Below, piece after piece: positions 41,728 through 52,597 of a DNA stretch of 64,000 nt (position 1 is the first letter of the stretch; each line of letters opens with the position of its first letter). Where the stretch lies: positions 13,203 to 77,202 of the forward strand of contig DAHWUP010000002.1 in NCBI GenBank assembly GCA_027334565.1. The letters are read 5' to 3'. The stretch comes from Candidatus Levyibacteriota bacterium. GTDB taxonomy: Bacteria; Patescibacteriota; Microgenomatia; Levybacterales; UBA12049. Position numbers and translations under genes: made by a program. The notes beneath the pieces were generated by a model. That model had not been told where the DNA came from, did no database searches, and worked only from the letters and a program-made list of their open reading frames with translations.

Positions 41728-42286
41728 AGACCCTGTCTTGAAAAAACTTTATAAAAAATACGGTCCGCATAAGTTCGAGGACAGAAGCGAACGGCTGATG
41801 GAAGAACTGGTCGAAGCTATCATCAGTCAGCAACTTTCCAATAAAGCTTCCGATACTATATATAAAAGGTTCCTGGACCTTTTTAAGGGTAAGTTTCCCA
41901 AGCCGGATGAAATATTGTCAATGGACGACGAAAAATTAAGAAGCGCCGGAATGAGCTATTCGAAAGTCAAATATATCAAAAATATCGCCGCGGCATTTAA
42001 AAACGGCGATTTGAATATCAATAAGATTAGCAAAATGTCCGACGATGAAGTTATCGAAGAGCTTACTAAAATCAAAGGGGTAGGGAGGTGGACCGCGGAA
42101 ATGATCCTGATATTTACCCTTAAACGGGAGGATATATTTTCTTTGGGCGACGCGGGTCTTAAAAAAGCGGTTAAAAATTTATATAATCTTGAAAAAGAAA
42201 CGGAAATACTAAAACTGTCTAAGAGCTGGAAACCGAAAAGAAGCTATGCCTGCTGGTATTTATGGAGAAGTTTAGAGAATGATTAA
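41720..42286 (+). CDS. DNA-3-methyladenine glycosylase (AlkA/HhH-GPD)
   Basis: IISQQLS, IKGVGRWTAEM, GDAGL, WKPKRSYACWYLW; start 41714 or 41720. Confidence 0.92.
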   Translation: MFKDPVLKKLYKKYGPHKFEDRSERLMEELVEAIISQQLSNKASDTIYKRFLDLFKGKFPKPDEILSMDDEKLRSAGMSYSKVKYIKNIAAAFKNGDLNINKISKMSDDEVIEELTKIKGVGRWTAEMILIFTLKREDIFSLGDAGLKKAVKNLYNLEKETEILKLSKSWKPKRSYACWYLWRSLEND

Positions 42287-42860
42287 AGTGATTGCTTTCG
42301 ATTTTGCGGACGTTATCGTCGAGGGGCCCGTATCGGGATGGCTTAAAAAAAACAGGTCGGAAAACACAAAAGCCGATTGGCATGAATATAAACAGAAGGC
42401 ACATCTTTGGGATACCGGTCAAATGGATTCAAAAGCGGTTTATGAATTTCTTTCAAAACTTACCGGGATAGACGAGGAAGCCATCTGGAAAGAACTTTAC
42501 GAAACCGCTCATTTGAATGTGGAGCTGGTAGAGCTTATAAAAAGGCTCAAGCCAAGCTATAAAATCGCCATTTTTTCCAACTACATTTCAGAACAACTGA
42601 AAAAACTGCTGGTTCACCACAAAATCGATAAACTATTCGACGAAGTGATAGTTTCTTCCGAACACGGCGTTAAAAAACCCGACCCAAAATTTTTTGAAGC
42701 TTTGGTGACAAAAGCGGGAGTCAACAAAGACGAAATATTTTTTACCGACGACAATCTTGACAATATAGAAGCCGCTTCTACCTTTGGTATTAAAGCTTAT
42801 CGTTTTACAACAGTTGGCAAATTAATCGAGGATCTGCAAAAAGAAGGGATTAACGTTTAA
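42279..42860 (+). CDS. HAD family phosphatase
   Basis: FDFADV motif I, SN, KPDPKFF, FTDD. Confidence 0.9.
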   Translation: MIKVIAFDFADVIVEGPVSGWLKKNRSENTKADWHEYKQKAHLWDTGQMDSKAVYEFLSKLTGIDEEAIWKELYETAHLNVELVELIKRLKPSYKIAIFSNYISEQLKKLLVHHKIDKLFDEVIVSSEHGVKKPDPKFFEALVTKAGVNKDEIFFTDDNLDNIEAASTFGIKAYRFTTVGKLIEDLQKEGINV

Positions 42861-42914
42861 ACACGAATAAGTCTTGAAAATAAGCTTAACCTTCTTTATA
42901 ATTGAAAGGTTCTT

Positions 42915-44954
42915 ATGACCTTATCCATATTATTTTTTCATAAGCTCATCATTCCGTTCGTTGCGGGACTTATTTCTATCGCCTACGGATTGTTCCTGAC
43001 CTACCGGGTCTTATCGCATAAAACCGGAGACAAGAAAATGAACGCCATTTCGGATGCCATTGCAGAAGGCGCGGTAGCTTACATGAAAAGACAATACAGC
43101 GTTGTCGCGGGTATCGGAATCATCATCTTCATTGTGTTATTTTACTTCCTCGGACCTTTGAGCGCATTCGCCTTTGCTTTGGGTGCCATCTGTAGCGCAA
43201 TCGCCGGAATCATCGGTATGAACGTTGCGGTAAGAAGCAACATCCGAACCGCGGAAGCGGCTAAAACCGGACTCTCCGAGGCTTTCTCGCTGGCTTTTGA
43301 AGGCGGTGCCGTAACAGGGCTGATGGTCTCGGGGCTGGCGCTTGCGGCACTTTCCGTTTCGTATTGGTATGTAGAAAAATTTGCGGGTAGCACACTCCAA
43401 CCTTTGATCGCTTTGGGTTTCGGAGGCTCATTGATTTCCGTATTTGCCAGACTCGGCGGAGGGATATTCACCAAATCCGCAGATGTCGGAACCGATATGG
43501 TCGGTAAAATCGAAAAAGGAATTCCCGAGGACGATCCGAGGAATCCGGGCGTAATTGCCGATCTGGTCGGAGATAACGTCGGTGACGATGCCGGAATGGC
43601 GGCGGACCTTTTTGAAACTTATGTGATCACCGCGGTGGCGGCAATGATCTTAGGACACTTGACCTTTCCGCATAATTCGTATGTCGTATTTTTCCCGCTT
43701 CTTATCGGTGCGATTTCAGTTATCGCCGGCATCATCGGCACCTGGTTTGTACGACTTTCGGGGAACGGAATTATGAAAGCGCTCTACCAGGGCTTAATAG
43801 CCGCCATGGTGATTGCAATCGCGGGCTTTTACATTCTTACCCTGGGAGTATTTCCGAACGGGCTCGGGACCATAAGCATGCTAAGCATTTTCTATACATT
43901 GATAATCGGAATAGTTGTAACTTTGGGGATGGTGATCATCACGGAATATTTTACCTCAAAGAAGTTTCCGCCGGTTAGGGTGATCGCCAACGCCTCGACC
44001 ACCGGACACGGCACAAACATTATCGCGGGGCTTGCGGTATCAATGAAATCCACGCTCGCGCCGATTCTTCTTATCGCCGCAGCCATCTGGGCGTCCTATA
44101 CATTTGCCGGACTTTACGGCGTCTCTGTAGCTGCGATGAGCATGCTTTCCTTGGCCGGTATCATCGTTGCCATCGATGCGTTCGGGCCGATAACCGATAA
44201 CGCCGGGGGCATAGCCGAAATGGCCGGTCTTGATAAAAAAGTCAGGGATGTAACCGACCCTTTGGACGCGGTCGGAAACACAACCAAAGCCGTTACCAAA
44301 GCTTATGCTATCGGTTCTGCGGGCCTCGCGGCTCTGGTACTTTTTTCAAGCTATACCCAGGAATTGGCTGGTTCTGCCAAATTTTCCGAGGTCGGCGGAT
44401 TATTTTCTTTGTCCGACCCGAGCGTGATTATCGGTCTATTCATCGGCGGAGCGCTTCCTTATTTCTTTGCTTCTTTAGCGATGGAAGCGGTAGGAAAGGC
44501 AAGCGTTTCGATAGTAGATGAGGTCAGAAGACAATTTAAGGAAATCAAAGGGTTGATGTCCGGTAAGGCCAAACCGGAATACGGAAAAGCCGTAGACATC
44601 GTCACTAAAGCCGCCATCAAAGAAATGATGCTCCCTACTTTGATAACCGTTTTATCACCGATATTGGTCGGGTTTATCTTAGGTCCCAAAGCGCTGGGAG
44701 GACTTCTGATCGGCAGCATCATCACGGGATTGTTTGTTGCGATATCGATGACCACCGGAGGCGCAGCCTGGGATAACACGAAAAAGTATATCGAAGAAGG
44801 CAATTTGGGCGGCAAAGGCGGTTTTGCCCATCAAAGTGCCGTAACCGGCGATACCGTAGGTGACCCCTACAAAGATACTGCCGGCCCGGCCATCAATCCG
44901 ATGATCAAAGTTTTGAATATTGTCGCATTATTAATAGCCGGTTTCCTTATTTAA
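42915..44954 (+). CDS. hppA: membrane pyrophosphatase, probably K+-independent H+-PPase
   Basis: [27 protein letters not shown] (Lys at the K+-dependence position), [10 protein letters not shown]. Confidence 0.95.
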   Translation: MTLSILFFHKLIIPFVAGLISIAYGLFLTYRVLSHKTGDKKMNAISDAIAEGAVAYMKRQYSVVAGIGIIIFIVLFYFLGPLSAFAFALGAICSAIAGIIGMNVAVRSNIRTAEAAKTGLSEAFSLAFEGGAVTGLMVSGLALAALSVSYWYVEKFAGSTLQPLIALGFGGSLISVFARLGGGIFTKSADVGTDMVGKIEKGIPEDDPRNPGVIADLVGDNVGDDAGMAADLFETYVITAVAAMILGHLTFPHNSYVVFFPLLIGAISVIAGIIGTWFVRLSGNGIMKALYQGLIAAMVIAIAGFYILTLGVFPNGLGTISMLSIFYTLIIGIVVTLGMVIITEYFTSKKFPPVRVIANASTTGHGTNIIAGLAVSMKSTLAPILLIAAAIWASYTFAGLYGVSVAAMSMLSLAGIIVAIDAFGPITDNAGGIAEMAGLDKKVRDVTDPLDAVGNTTKAVTKAYAIGSAGLAALVLFSSYTQELAGSAKFSEVGGLFSLSDPSVIIGLFIGGALPYFFASLAMEAVGKASVSIVDEVRRQFKEIKGLMSGKAKPEYGKAVDIVTKAAIKEMMLPTLITVLSPILVGFILGPKALGGLLIGSIITGLFVAISMTTGGAAWDNTKKYIEEGNLGGKGGFAHQSAVTGDTVGDPYKDTAGPAINPMIKVLNIVALLIAGFLI

Positions 44955-45097
44955 ATCAGCAATTGCGAAGGTTGCCTTGGTATAAGACGGAACCCCCGCA
45001 AAATTTTTTCAAAATTCGTCAGAATTTTGAAGAGGAGTAAACAGCCGCTCGGCCGAAATTTAAGCTATGCTTAAACGAAGGCAAAGGGCTGAATTAA
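44951..45097 (+). other. closed multi-stem structured intergenic element
   Basis: Outer stem TTAAATCAGC/GCTGAATTAA (9/10), TTGCCTT/AAGGCAA, perfect hairpins TTCAAAATTC-gtca-GAATTTTGAA (45008-45031) and TTTAAGC-tat-GCTTAAA (45059-45075). Confidence 0.6.
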
Positions 45098-45103
45098 GAC
45101 GAC

Positions 45104-47572
45104 ATGGCCGATATCGGAAAACTACAATCAGCAGAAATTACCTCGGAAATGAAGCGGGCGTATTTGGATTACGCCATGTCTGTGATAGTTTCGAGGGCAC
45201 TGCCCGATGTCAGAGACGGGCTTAAACCGGTGCACCGAAGAATATTGTTCGCGATGCATGAGATGGGTTTGCCGCATTCCGCAAAGTATTCAAAATCCGC
45301 CAAGATCGTCGGAGAGGTGATGGGAAAATACCATCCCCACGGTGACGTACCGATTTATGACGCTCTGGTGCGCTTGGCCCAAGATTTTTCCATGCGCTAT
45401 CCGTTGGTCGACGGACAGGGAAACTTCGGCTCGATGGACGGTGACCCGCCGGCCGCAATGCGTTATACGGAAGCCCGAATGGCGGCTATTACCGCCGAAA
45501 TGCTTTTGGATATTGAAAAAGAAACGGTCGATTATCTCCCGAACTTCGATTCGACCCTTAAAGAACCGGTTTTCCTGCCAAGCCTGTTACCAAATCTTCT
45601 TTTGATGGGAAGCGAAGGAATAGCCGTCGGAATGGCCACCAAGATCCCGCCGCATAACTTGGGAGAAGTGGTCGAGGCAACCGATTATCTGATATCAAAA
45701 GCCAAGATAACCCCCGAGCCGTTCGATCTTACTTCCGACGTAACGGTTGAGGAACTGTTGGAATATATCAAAGGGCCGGATTTTCCGACAGCCGGCGCTA
45801 TTTACGACTGGGCGGAAATTAAAAATGTCTATACCACCGGCCGGGGCAGGATATTAATCAGGGGTAAAGCCGATATCGAAGATATCGGACAGGGAAAAAG
45901 CGCAATTATCATTACCGAGCTACCTTATCAGGTAAATAAAGCTCTGTTGGTTGCGCGCATCGCCGAACTGGCCAAAGAAAAGAAGATAGACGGTATTTCC
46001 GACCTTCGCGACGAGTCCGATCGTCACGGCATACGGGTGGTCGTCGAACTAAAAAGAGACGCAGCCCCGAAGAAGGTTCTGAATAACCTATTCAAATACA
46101 CTTCGTTACAGTCCAGCTTCCCGGCCAATATCGTCGCCTTGGTCGACGGCACTCCCCAAACATTGAACTTAAAAACCATTCTTGAGGAATTCGTCAAACA
46201 TCGATTCTTAGTCGTTAGACGAAGAAGTGAATTCGAACTAAGACAGGCCAAAGCCAGGTTGCATATTCTGGAAGGGTTAAAAATTGCGGTTGAGAACATC
46301 GACGCGGTCATAAGAACCATTAGGGAAAGCAAAACACAGGAGGACGCAAAGCAAAATCTGATGAAAAAGTTTAAATTGACCGACATTCAGGCAACGGCGA
46401 TATTGGACCTGCAACTTAGAAGACTGGCTGCCTTGGAAAGACAAAAAATTGAAGAGGAGTACCAGATGGTTAAAGAGATCATCGCTTACCTTGAAGACCT
46501 TCTGGCGCATCCGGCAAAAATCTTAACGGTTATCAAAAACGAGCTGGACAAACTAAAGGAAAAGTACGCGGACGACAGGCGCACTAAAGTCTACAAAAGC
46601 AAGGTAGGAGAATTTTCCGAAGAGGACCTGATAACAAACGAACCGACGGTGGTAACCTTAACCGACACGGGCTACATCAAAAGGCAGAGTCTGACCAGTT
46701 TTAAAACGCAGCAACGTGGGGGCAAAGGCGTCATCGGTATGACCACCAAGGAAGAAGACGCGATAGCCGATATTAAGTATCTTGAAACACACGATAACCT
46801 GCTTTTTTTCACCAATAAAGGAAAGGTTTACCAGACCAAGGCCTATGAAATCAACGAATCCTCAAGGACCAGTAAGGGTACGGCGATAGTCAATCTTTTG
46901 AACATCGAGGCAGGGGAAAAGGTGGAAAGTTTTCTAAATTACCGTAAAGACTCCCAGGCAAAATTCGTTTTTTTAACCACCAAAAACGGCACTGTAAAGA
47001 AATCCGCCTTGAGTGAATTTGAAAACATCCGAAAATCCGGAATTCTGGCTATCAAGCTTGATAAAAACGACGAACTGGTCTGGAGCAAATTAACGACCGG
47101 AGACGAAGATATCCTTCTGGTTACGCGCAACGGTAAATCCATCAGATTTTCGGAAAAATCGGTCAGACCGATGGGAAGAAATACCATGGGAATTAGGGGA
47201 ATCATGATCGGAAAGGACGACCGGGTGATCCAAATGGACGTGGTCCAAAAAGGAAGCAAACAAGACGTACTTACCATCATGGAAAACGGCCTGGGCAAAA
47301 AAACAACCATTGATCAGTTCAAAACACAGGGCCGCGGCGGACAGGGAATAAAGGTCGCTGAGGTAACGCAGAAAACCGGAAAAATCGCATCCTCACAAAT
47401 AGTTCCGTCCGGCGCAAAAGAAGTAATTATCACTTCGCAAAAAGGCCAAATCGTAAAGCTTGAGGTCGGATCGATCCCCAGACTTTCCCGCGCAACCCAA
47501 GGCGTTATTTTGATGCGTTTCTCCGACACCTCTGACCATGTTGCCTCTGCGACCTACATCGAAGAAGGTTAA
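45104..47572 (+). CDS. gyrA: DNA gyrase subunit A
   Basis: [29 protein letters not shown], GyrA-box QQRGGKG. Confidence 0.97.
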   Translation: MADIGKLQSAEITSEMKRAYLDYAMSVIVSRALPDVRDGLKPVHRRILFAMHEMGLPHSAKYSKSAKIVGEVMGKYHPHGDVPIYDALVRLAQDFSMRYPLVDGQGNFGSMDGDPPAAMRYTEARMAAITAEMLLDIEKETVDYLPNFDSTLKEPVFLPSLLPNLLLMGSEGIAVGMATKIPPHNLGEVVEATDYLISKAKITPEPFDLTSDVTVEELLEYIKGPDFPTAGAIYDWAEIKNVYTTGRGRILIRGKADIEDIGQGKSAIIITELPYQVNKALLVARIAELAKEKKIDGISDLRDESDRHGIRVVVELKRDAAPKKVLNNLFKYTSLQSSFPANIVALVDGTPQTLNLKTILEEFVKHRFLVVRRRSEFELRQAKARLHILEGLKIAVENIDAVIRTIRESKTQEDAKQNLMKKFKLTDIQATAILDLQLRRLAALERQKIEEEYQMVKEIIAYLEDLLAHPAKILTVIKNELDKLKEKYADDRRTKVYKSKVGEFSEEDLITNEPTVVTLTDTGYIKRQSLTSFKTQQRGGKGVIGMTTKEEDAIADIKYLETHDNLLFFTNKGKVYQTKAYEINESSRTSKGTAIVNLLNIEAGEKVESFLNYRKDSQAKFVFLTTKNGTVKKSALSEFENIRKSGILAIKLDKNDELVWSKLTTGDEDILLVTRNGKSIRFSEKSVRPMGRNTMGIRGIMIGKDDRVIQMDVVQKGSKQDVLTIMENGLGKKTTIDQFKTQGRGGQGIKVAEVTQKTGKIASSQIVPSGAKEVIITSQKGQIVKLEVGSIPRLSRATQGVILMRFSDTSDHVASATYIEEG

Positions 47573-47581
47573 AATATTATC

Positions 47582-48427
47582 ATGAAAATAGACGGCCGAC
47601 AAATAGCTGCAGACATTTTGGAAGAGCTGAAAATCCGGGTCGAAGAACTAAAGCAAAAAGAAATCACACCACGCATGTACATAATTTTATTAACGGATGA
47701 TCCCTCGACTATTTCCTATATCAAGCAGAAACTTTTATTCGGGGAGAGAGTCGGCGTAAAAATTACCGTCGACACCGAAAGTCCGGATATTGCAACGGAC
47801 AAACTCATCTCTAAAATCGAAAAACTGAATTCGGATGATTCCGTTCACGGAATCATCGTTCAGCGTCCCGCCCCCAAGCAGCTCGAAATGGAAAAAATTG
47901 ATAACTTGATTGATCCGCGCAAAGAGATAGACGGTTTTGGCAGTAACTCCCTATACAACGCACCGGTTGCTTTAGCTGTTGCTAAAATTTTAAGAGTTAT
48001 TCACGCCGGTTTATCTTCGAAAGAAAATTTTTCCGAGTGGCTTCTTGGAAAAACGGTTGTCGTAATGGGGAAAGGTCATACGGCAGGTATTCCAATCATC
48101 AATTACCTGAAAAATAATGGGTTGGAACCTATCATTATCGATTCCAAAACGACTGAAAAAAATAAATTTCTGAAAAAGGGCGATGTCGTGATTTCGGCGG
48201 TAGGGAAAGGCGGGGTAGTTACCATACGGGATTTGAAGAAAGGTGTATTTTTGATAGGAGTCGGCATGCATAAGGAAAACGACGGTAAATTCCACGGCGA
48301 TTTTGAAGAAAATGATATCTCGGACAGGGTTTCTTACTTTACTCCTACCCCCGGAGGAGTCGGCCCGGTCAACGTCGCCTGCCTTTTGCAGAATCTGGTT
48401 GAAGCAGCGGAAATTCTCTCAAAATAA
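47582..48427 (+). CDS. folD: bifunctional methylenetetrahydrofolate dehydrogenase/cyclohydrolase
   Basis: IDGRQIA, VHGIIVQ.P, KEIDG, TPTPGGVGP. Confidence 0.93.
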   Translation: MKIDGRQIAADILEELKIRVEELKQKEITPRMYIILLTDDPSTISYIKQKLLFGERVGVKITVDTESPDIATDKLISKIEKLNSDDSVHGIIVQRPAPKQLEMEKIDNLIDPRKEIDGFGSNSLYNAPVALAVAKILRVIHAGLSSKENFSEWLLGKTVVVMGKGHTAGIPIINYLKNNGLEPIIIDSKTTEKNKFLKKGDVVISAVGKGGVVTIRDLKKGVFLIGVGMHKENDGKFHGDFEENDISDRVSYFTPTPGGVGPVNVACLLQNLVEAAEILSK

Positions 48428-49514
48428 GAAAAACTTCTAATACCCAGACCAGAACCGTTCCGTAAAAAACATGTGAGGTGATAATTACCGGAAAATCCTG
48501 TGGATTCTTAAAGTTAAACGAAATTAGCATATAGGAGACGAATAGGACAAGAAGACCCCGATAATTTTTCTTATCCTTTAGATAAAACATGTTGAACAAA
48601 AAAGGGAAAATCATAAATACGAAATGATGCTGCCAGGAGAAATTACTGACCAGCAAACCGAGTATCACCAAAAGCGACAAATGAAGATAAATCAACTTAT
48701 CCGTTCTGGTCCTAATAATCGTCCATAAAGTGATCAGAACAAAGAACATAGTCAGGACAATTCTGACAGCTTCACGCCAAAAATGATCGCTGATAATTCT
48801 CCCGACAAATCCCGTAAGCGACTGATTGTAATAATCAAGTTTCCATCCTCCGATGAACTGAAAGACAACTTTTGTGTAAAAATAAATTACCAGCTCGGGA
48901 TAAATCAAGAAAATAATTAAGTGTAATAATACGAAAGTCAAAAATAACCAAAGCAAATATTTCCATTTTTTGAATATTAAAAAATATACAGGCAGGAAAG
49001 GAGGAAAAAACTTCATCGACAGAGATAGGACAAGGAAGACGGCGGATGAAAAAAAACGCTTATCGTTAAAAAAGTATACGGATAAACAGGTTAAAAATAA
49101 GACCAAAGTATTTATCTGTCCCATACCAAAATTAAATTTGACCGGAAAAGATAAGAATATGAAGGCAAGGACCATAAGACCCAAGCCTGAAAAAAACTTC
49201 TTTTTGGCAATTTTAAAAATTAAATAAACCGACAAAAAAAGACAAATAAGCGAAACGACAAACCAAAGCTTTTCCGCCGCAGGAAGCGGCAGGAGAATGA
49301 ACGGAAAGAAAAACATAATTGTTGCGGGCGGATAGACGTCGGGAAAGAATGCCAGACGACCGAACGTATACGGATTACCGCCTGCTAGCAAAACCTGTGG
49401 TGAATAATAATGCACTAAAAAATCGGGATAACCCGGTAAAAGAAAAGCTTTTAGAAAAATAGCAATGGAAAATATAAAAAATAATGGGGGAAAATACTTT
49501 TTGATAAATTTCAT
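48369..49514 (-). CDS. GT87/DUF2029-like membrane glycosyltransferase
   Basis: DF..HY, NPY, YPP, GQIN, K..P, NQSL, SWQHH motifs; many TM segments. Confidence 0.85.
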   Translation of the reverse strand: MKFIKKYFPPLFFIFSIAIFLKAFLLPGYPDFLVHYYSPQVLLAGGNPYTFGRLAFFPDVYPPATIMFFFPFILLPLPAAEKLWFVVSLICLFLSVYLIFKIAKKKFFSGLGLMVLAFIFLSFPVKFNFGMGQINTLVLFLTCLSVYFFNDKRFFSSAVFLVLSLSMKFFPPFLPVYFLIFKKWKYLLWLFLTFVLLHLIIFLIYPELVIYFYTKVVFQFIGGWKLDYYNQSLTGFVGRIISDHFWREAVRIVLTMFFVLITLWTIIRTRTDKLIYLHLSLLVILGLLVSNFSWQHHFVFMIFPFLFNMFYLKDKKNYRGLLVLFVSYMLISFNFKNPQDFPVIITSHVFYGTVLVWVLEVFLILREFPLLQPDSAKGRRR

Positions 49515-49600
49515 ACAAACATTAAATAATTAAATATTGAATATGTCAACCGTACCGTAAACTTGACAAGTAGGGTAAAATTTACAACAATAATGTTAAT

Positions 49601-50173
49601 ATGGCAAGAAAGGGGTATGGGTTTTCGGACAGATTTCCCCATGTAGGGTTATTTTTTATTATAGCTCTGATACTTGCGATTCCTCTTACGGTCTGGTCTT
49701 TAAATAACGCTTCTACCAATTTTATACAGCAGGCGCAATCGTTTAAATGCGGGCCATTTAACAATAATCCTGCCTGTCCGCCAGGTTTTAAGTGCGAATA
49801 CAACGCAAATACCGCCGTTTTAGGTGGCAGCTGCAATCTGGTGGCATTGCCGGCCCCGACCGGCTTAACTACGGCGTCAAGCTGTATTTCAAATCTGGGT
49901 ATGCCCAATCAGGCTACATTTTCCTTAAGCTGGAACAGGGTGAATTACGCAACCGGTTATAGAGTCTACGGCAATTACTATTATTTCGACGGGAAAAACC
50001 TATCCGATGTTAAAGTCGGACCTTACCGAACAGATACCAATTCATATACTCTAAACCTGCCCTTACCGCGTGGGGTCAGTAATTTTTACTGGTATACCGA
50101 TGCGTATAATTCCGTTTACAACGTCATTAGTCAGCACAGCGCATTATCAACCGGTGCCTTAAATTGCCGCTAG
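49601..50173 (+). CDS. Cys-rich surface protein with Fn3-like C-terminus
   Basis: N-terminal TM ending AIPLTVWSLNN, Cys cluster, PAPTGL...LSWNRV..ATGYRVY. Confidence 0.75.
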   Translation: MARKGYGFSDRFPHVGLFFIIALILAIPLTVWSLNNASTNFIQQAQSFKCGPFNNNPACPPGFKCEYNANTAVLGGSCNLVALPAPTGLTTASSCISNLGMPNQATFSLSWNRVNYATGYRVYGNYYYFDGKNLSDVKVGPYRTDTNSYTLNLPLPRGVSNFYWYTDAYNSVYNVISQHSALSTGALNCR

Positions 50174-50220
50174 TTAAAAAATACTTGACATAAAGCTGAA
50201 AATAAATTAATAATATATCA

Positions 50221-50637
50221 ATGGCAAAAACCAATGATTTTGCTGCTAGATTTCCACACGCGGGTATATTTTTGGTGATTGCCGTTGCTATCGCGATACC
50301 TCTTACCGTCTGGTCACTGAACAATGTCCCGACCAACACCCAGCAATTCGCGTCGGGAGGGAATAACGGACAGGGACATGCATATGGGCACCGTTATACA
50401 CCTACTCCTACACCCACGTACAGCCCTACGCCAACATATACGCCCACACCGACTCAGGCCTGCAATAGTACCGGGACCGGCGGTTGCGTGACTCCGACAC
50501 CGTCTGTTGCTTGTACTTCCTTAGGGGGCAATTGCTACAACACGGTAAGTTGTCCGATTGGAACGACTATAATTCAATCAACTTCTCCTCTTTGCAGTCC
50601 CTTGGGCTCAAATACCAGCGCTATCTGTTGCAAATGA
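50221..50637 (+). CDS. Cys-rich surface protein with PT linker
   Basis: Same RFPH...AIPLTVWSLNN leader; YTPTPTPT linker; Cys-rich C-terminus ending CCK. Confidence 0.75.
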   Translation: MAKTNDFAARFPHAGIFLVIAVAIAIPLTVWSLNNVPTNTQQFASGGNNGQGHAYGHRYTPTPTPTYSPTPTYTPTPTQACNSTGTGGCVTPTPSVACTSLGGNCYNTVSCPIGTTIIQSTSPLCSPLGSNTSAICCK

Positions 50638-50678
50638 ACCCACTTGACACCTTAAAATAAATTAACTAGGATGAAGGT

Positions 50679-51467
50679 GTGAGTAAATTCTACAAGCGGT
50701 TTGAAGCACAAATTGTAACCATAGTTTTAATTCTCATCGGCGTATTTTTATACATCAAGGTCGCCGGTCCGATCCCGTTTTTCATCAATAGCGTTCAAAC
50801 GACCAAAACGGATCTGTTTTCCTCCGACGGTGAGGGAACGGTTACAGCCGCTCCGGATACAGCGGAAATAAACCTCGGCGTTACCCAAACGGGAGCAACC
50901 GTTTCGGATGCGCAATCAAAGGCAAATTCTACGGCGAATAAAATAATAGCCGGTTTAAAAAAATTGGGGATTTTGGAGAAAGACGTCAAAACCACCAATT
51001 ATTCGATTAGTCCAAATTACCAATCGGCGGACATAAACGGACCTTTTCTTCCTACAAGAGGCGGGGGCATCACCGGTTATACGGTCACTCAAAACCTGCA
51101 GATTAAGGTAACTCCCATTGATAAGGTAAATAATGTTATCGATTCGGCCACCGCAGCAGGCGCAAACCTGGTAGGCGGAGTGAATTTCACTTTTAGTGAT
51201 AATCTGCAAAACAATTTGGAAAATGAAGCGATGCAACAGGCGGTTAATAACGCCAAGCAAAGGGCTCAAAATCTTGCGAGCGCTTCCGGAATAAATTTGG
51301 GAAGGATAGTGAACGTGGTCCAAAGCTCGAACAACCCAAGACCTATAACCTTTGGGGGCCCCGCGGTCGCTAATTCTACGGTCCAGGAGGCCGCGCCACC
51401 AACCGATGTCACACCGGGACAGAATACCGTTACCGTTGATGTAGTCCTTTACTACGAAACTTATTAG
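50679..51467 (+). CDS. SIMPL/DUF541 domain protein
   Basis: GEGTVTAAPDTA..NLGV, T.NYSISPNY, AVNNAKQRAQNLA, PGQNTVTV. Confidence 0.9.
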   Translation: MSKFYKRFEAQIVTIVLILIGVFLYIKVAGPIPFFINSVQTTKTDLFSSDGEGTVTAAPDTAEINLGVTQTGATVSDAQSKANSTANKIIAGLKKLGILEKDVKTTNYSISPNYQSADINGPFLPTRGGGITGYTVTQNLQIKVTPIDKVNNVIDSATAAGANLVGGVNFTFSDNLQNNLENEAMQQAVNNAKQRAQNLASASGINLGRIVNVVQSSNNPRPITFGGPAVANSTVQEAAPPTDVTPGQNTVTVDVVLYYETY

Positions 51468-52363
51468 CCTCCTGCATTCTGATTTTGAGAAGAGGACATT
51501 TTTTCCATCTTAAGTATTTCCTGTAAGCGTCCTTTTGCCAAATATTCATCGCCGGTATATATCGATAGCGAGTTCAACATCGACTCGTAGTCACTTAAAC
51601 CCCTATCACGATAAAGAACATAATTATCACTAATCATTTTGGCCGCAGCGGCGATCATTTCCCAGTCATCCTGATGACGTTGTGGCATACCTGCCAAGTC
51701 GGAAAACGGTTCGGAAGCTTTCTTGATGTATTCGGGGGTCCAGGTATCGATATTTATCTGTGCGATTCCGTAAATCGGATAGTTTTCCTTGCTGAAAGCC
51801 TTTTTACTTCTTGAGGCGTGGCTTTCCTGCTCAATGGTAACCATCAACACTTCCCAGGGAATGCCATAATACTGTGCGATCGGTTCAATGATAGGATAAT
51901 AGATCTTAACGTCTTTTAAGAGCTGTTCATTGGTTACCGCATGGAGAATTTGGGGAGCACTGTCTATCGCGGCAACGATTTCGCCCAAACGGACATCCGA
52001 GTTCAATTTGATTAGTTTTTCCGTGAATTGATTTGATGGTATTGATGTTGCAGGAGAACTTTGAGGTGATAAAGGTTTAAATTCATCCATAAATCCAGGC
52101 CCGGGACTATTGTCAAAAATTACATTCGAAGCCTCCCGGCTGTCATGGTTGAACCCCTGCATCCCGTCCGAAAGTACCGATGGAGTAGACGACTGATCAT
52201 CCAATACCTTCACAATAGGCACCCCGGCGGCGTCAATGATTTGGCTTTCAGGGCCTGCAACCAGCACGCCCGCCACCAGCAAGGCCGCTGCCTTGGAAGC
52301 TGCTCTTCTCCTTTTCAATCTGGTTTTTTCGTCTGTTTTGTTTATTGACTTATCTCTTTCCAT
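51464..52363 (-). CDS. putative lytic transglycosylase (SLT/lysozyme-like) exported protein
   Basis: YGIPWEVL...EQES, YGIAQI, AAAKM...Y; basic plus hydrophobic N-terminus. Confidence 0.6.
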   Translation of the reverse strand: MERDKSINKTDEKTRLKRRRAASKAAALLVAGVLVAGPESQIIDAAGVPIVKVLDDQSSTPSVLSDGMQGFNHDSREASNVIFDNSPGPGFMDEFKPLSPQSSPATSIPSNQFTEKLIKLNSDVRLGEIVAAIDSAPQILHAVTNEQLLKDVKIYYPIIEPIAQYYGIPWEVLMVTIEQESHASRSKKAFSKENYPIYGIAQINIDTWTPEYIKKASEPFSDLAGMPQRHQDDWEMIAAAAKMISDNYVLYRDRGLSDYESMLNSLSIYTGDEYLAKGRLQEILKMEKMSSSQNQNAGG

Positions 52364-52446
52364 AATAATAAAAAGTTAATAAAGTAATTAACTAAACCTG
52401 TTTTTATTACCGCCACAAACGCAACGGGGAATGATGTTGTAAAACA

Positions 52447-52475
52447 ATTATAGGATATCCTCATCTTCCTGTCAA
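52447..52475 (-). promoter_or_regulatory. consensus sigma70 promoter for the SLT-like gene
   Basis: Minus strand TTGACA-17-TATAAT; about 80-nt leader. Confidence 0.75.
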
Positions 52476-52597
52476 CCCCCTTTCAGCGATATTTTGGTTT
52501 GTTCTACGAATCAATTGAAATTTCGGCAGCTTATTTAAAAAAGATTTTAACTTATGCATTCTGAAATCGAGGGCCGTAAGGAGTATCCCACTGAATT

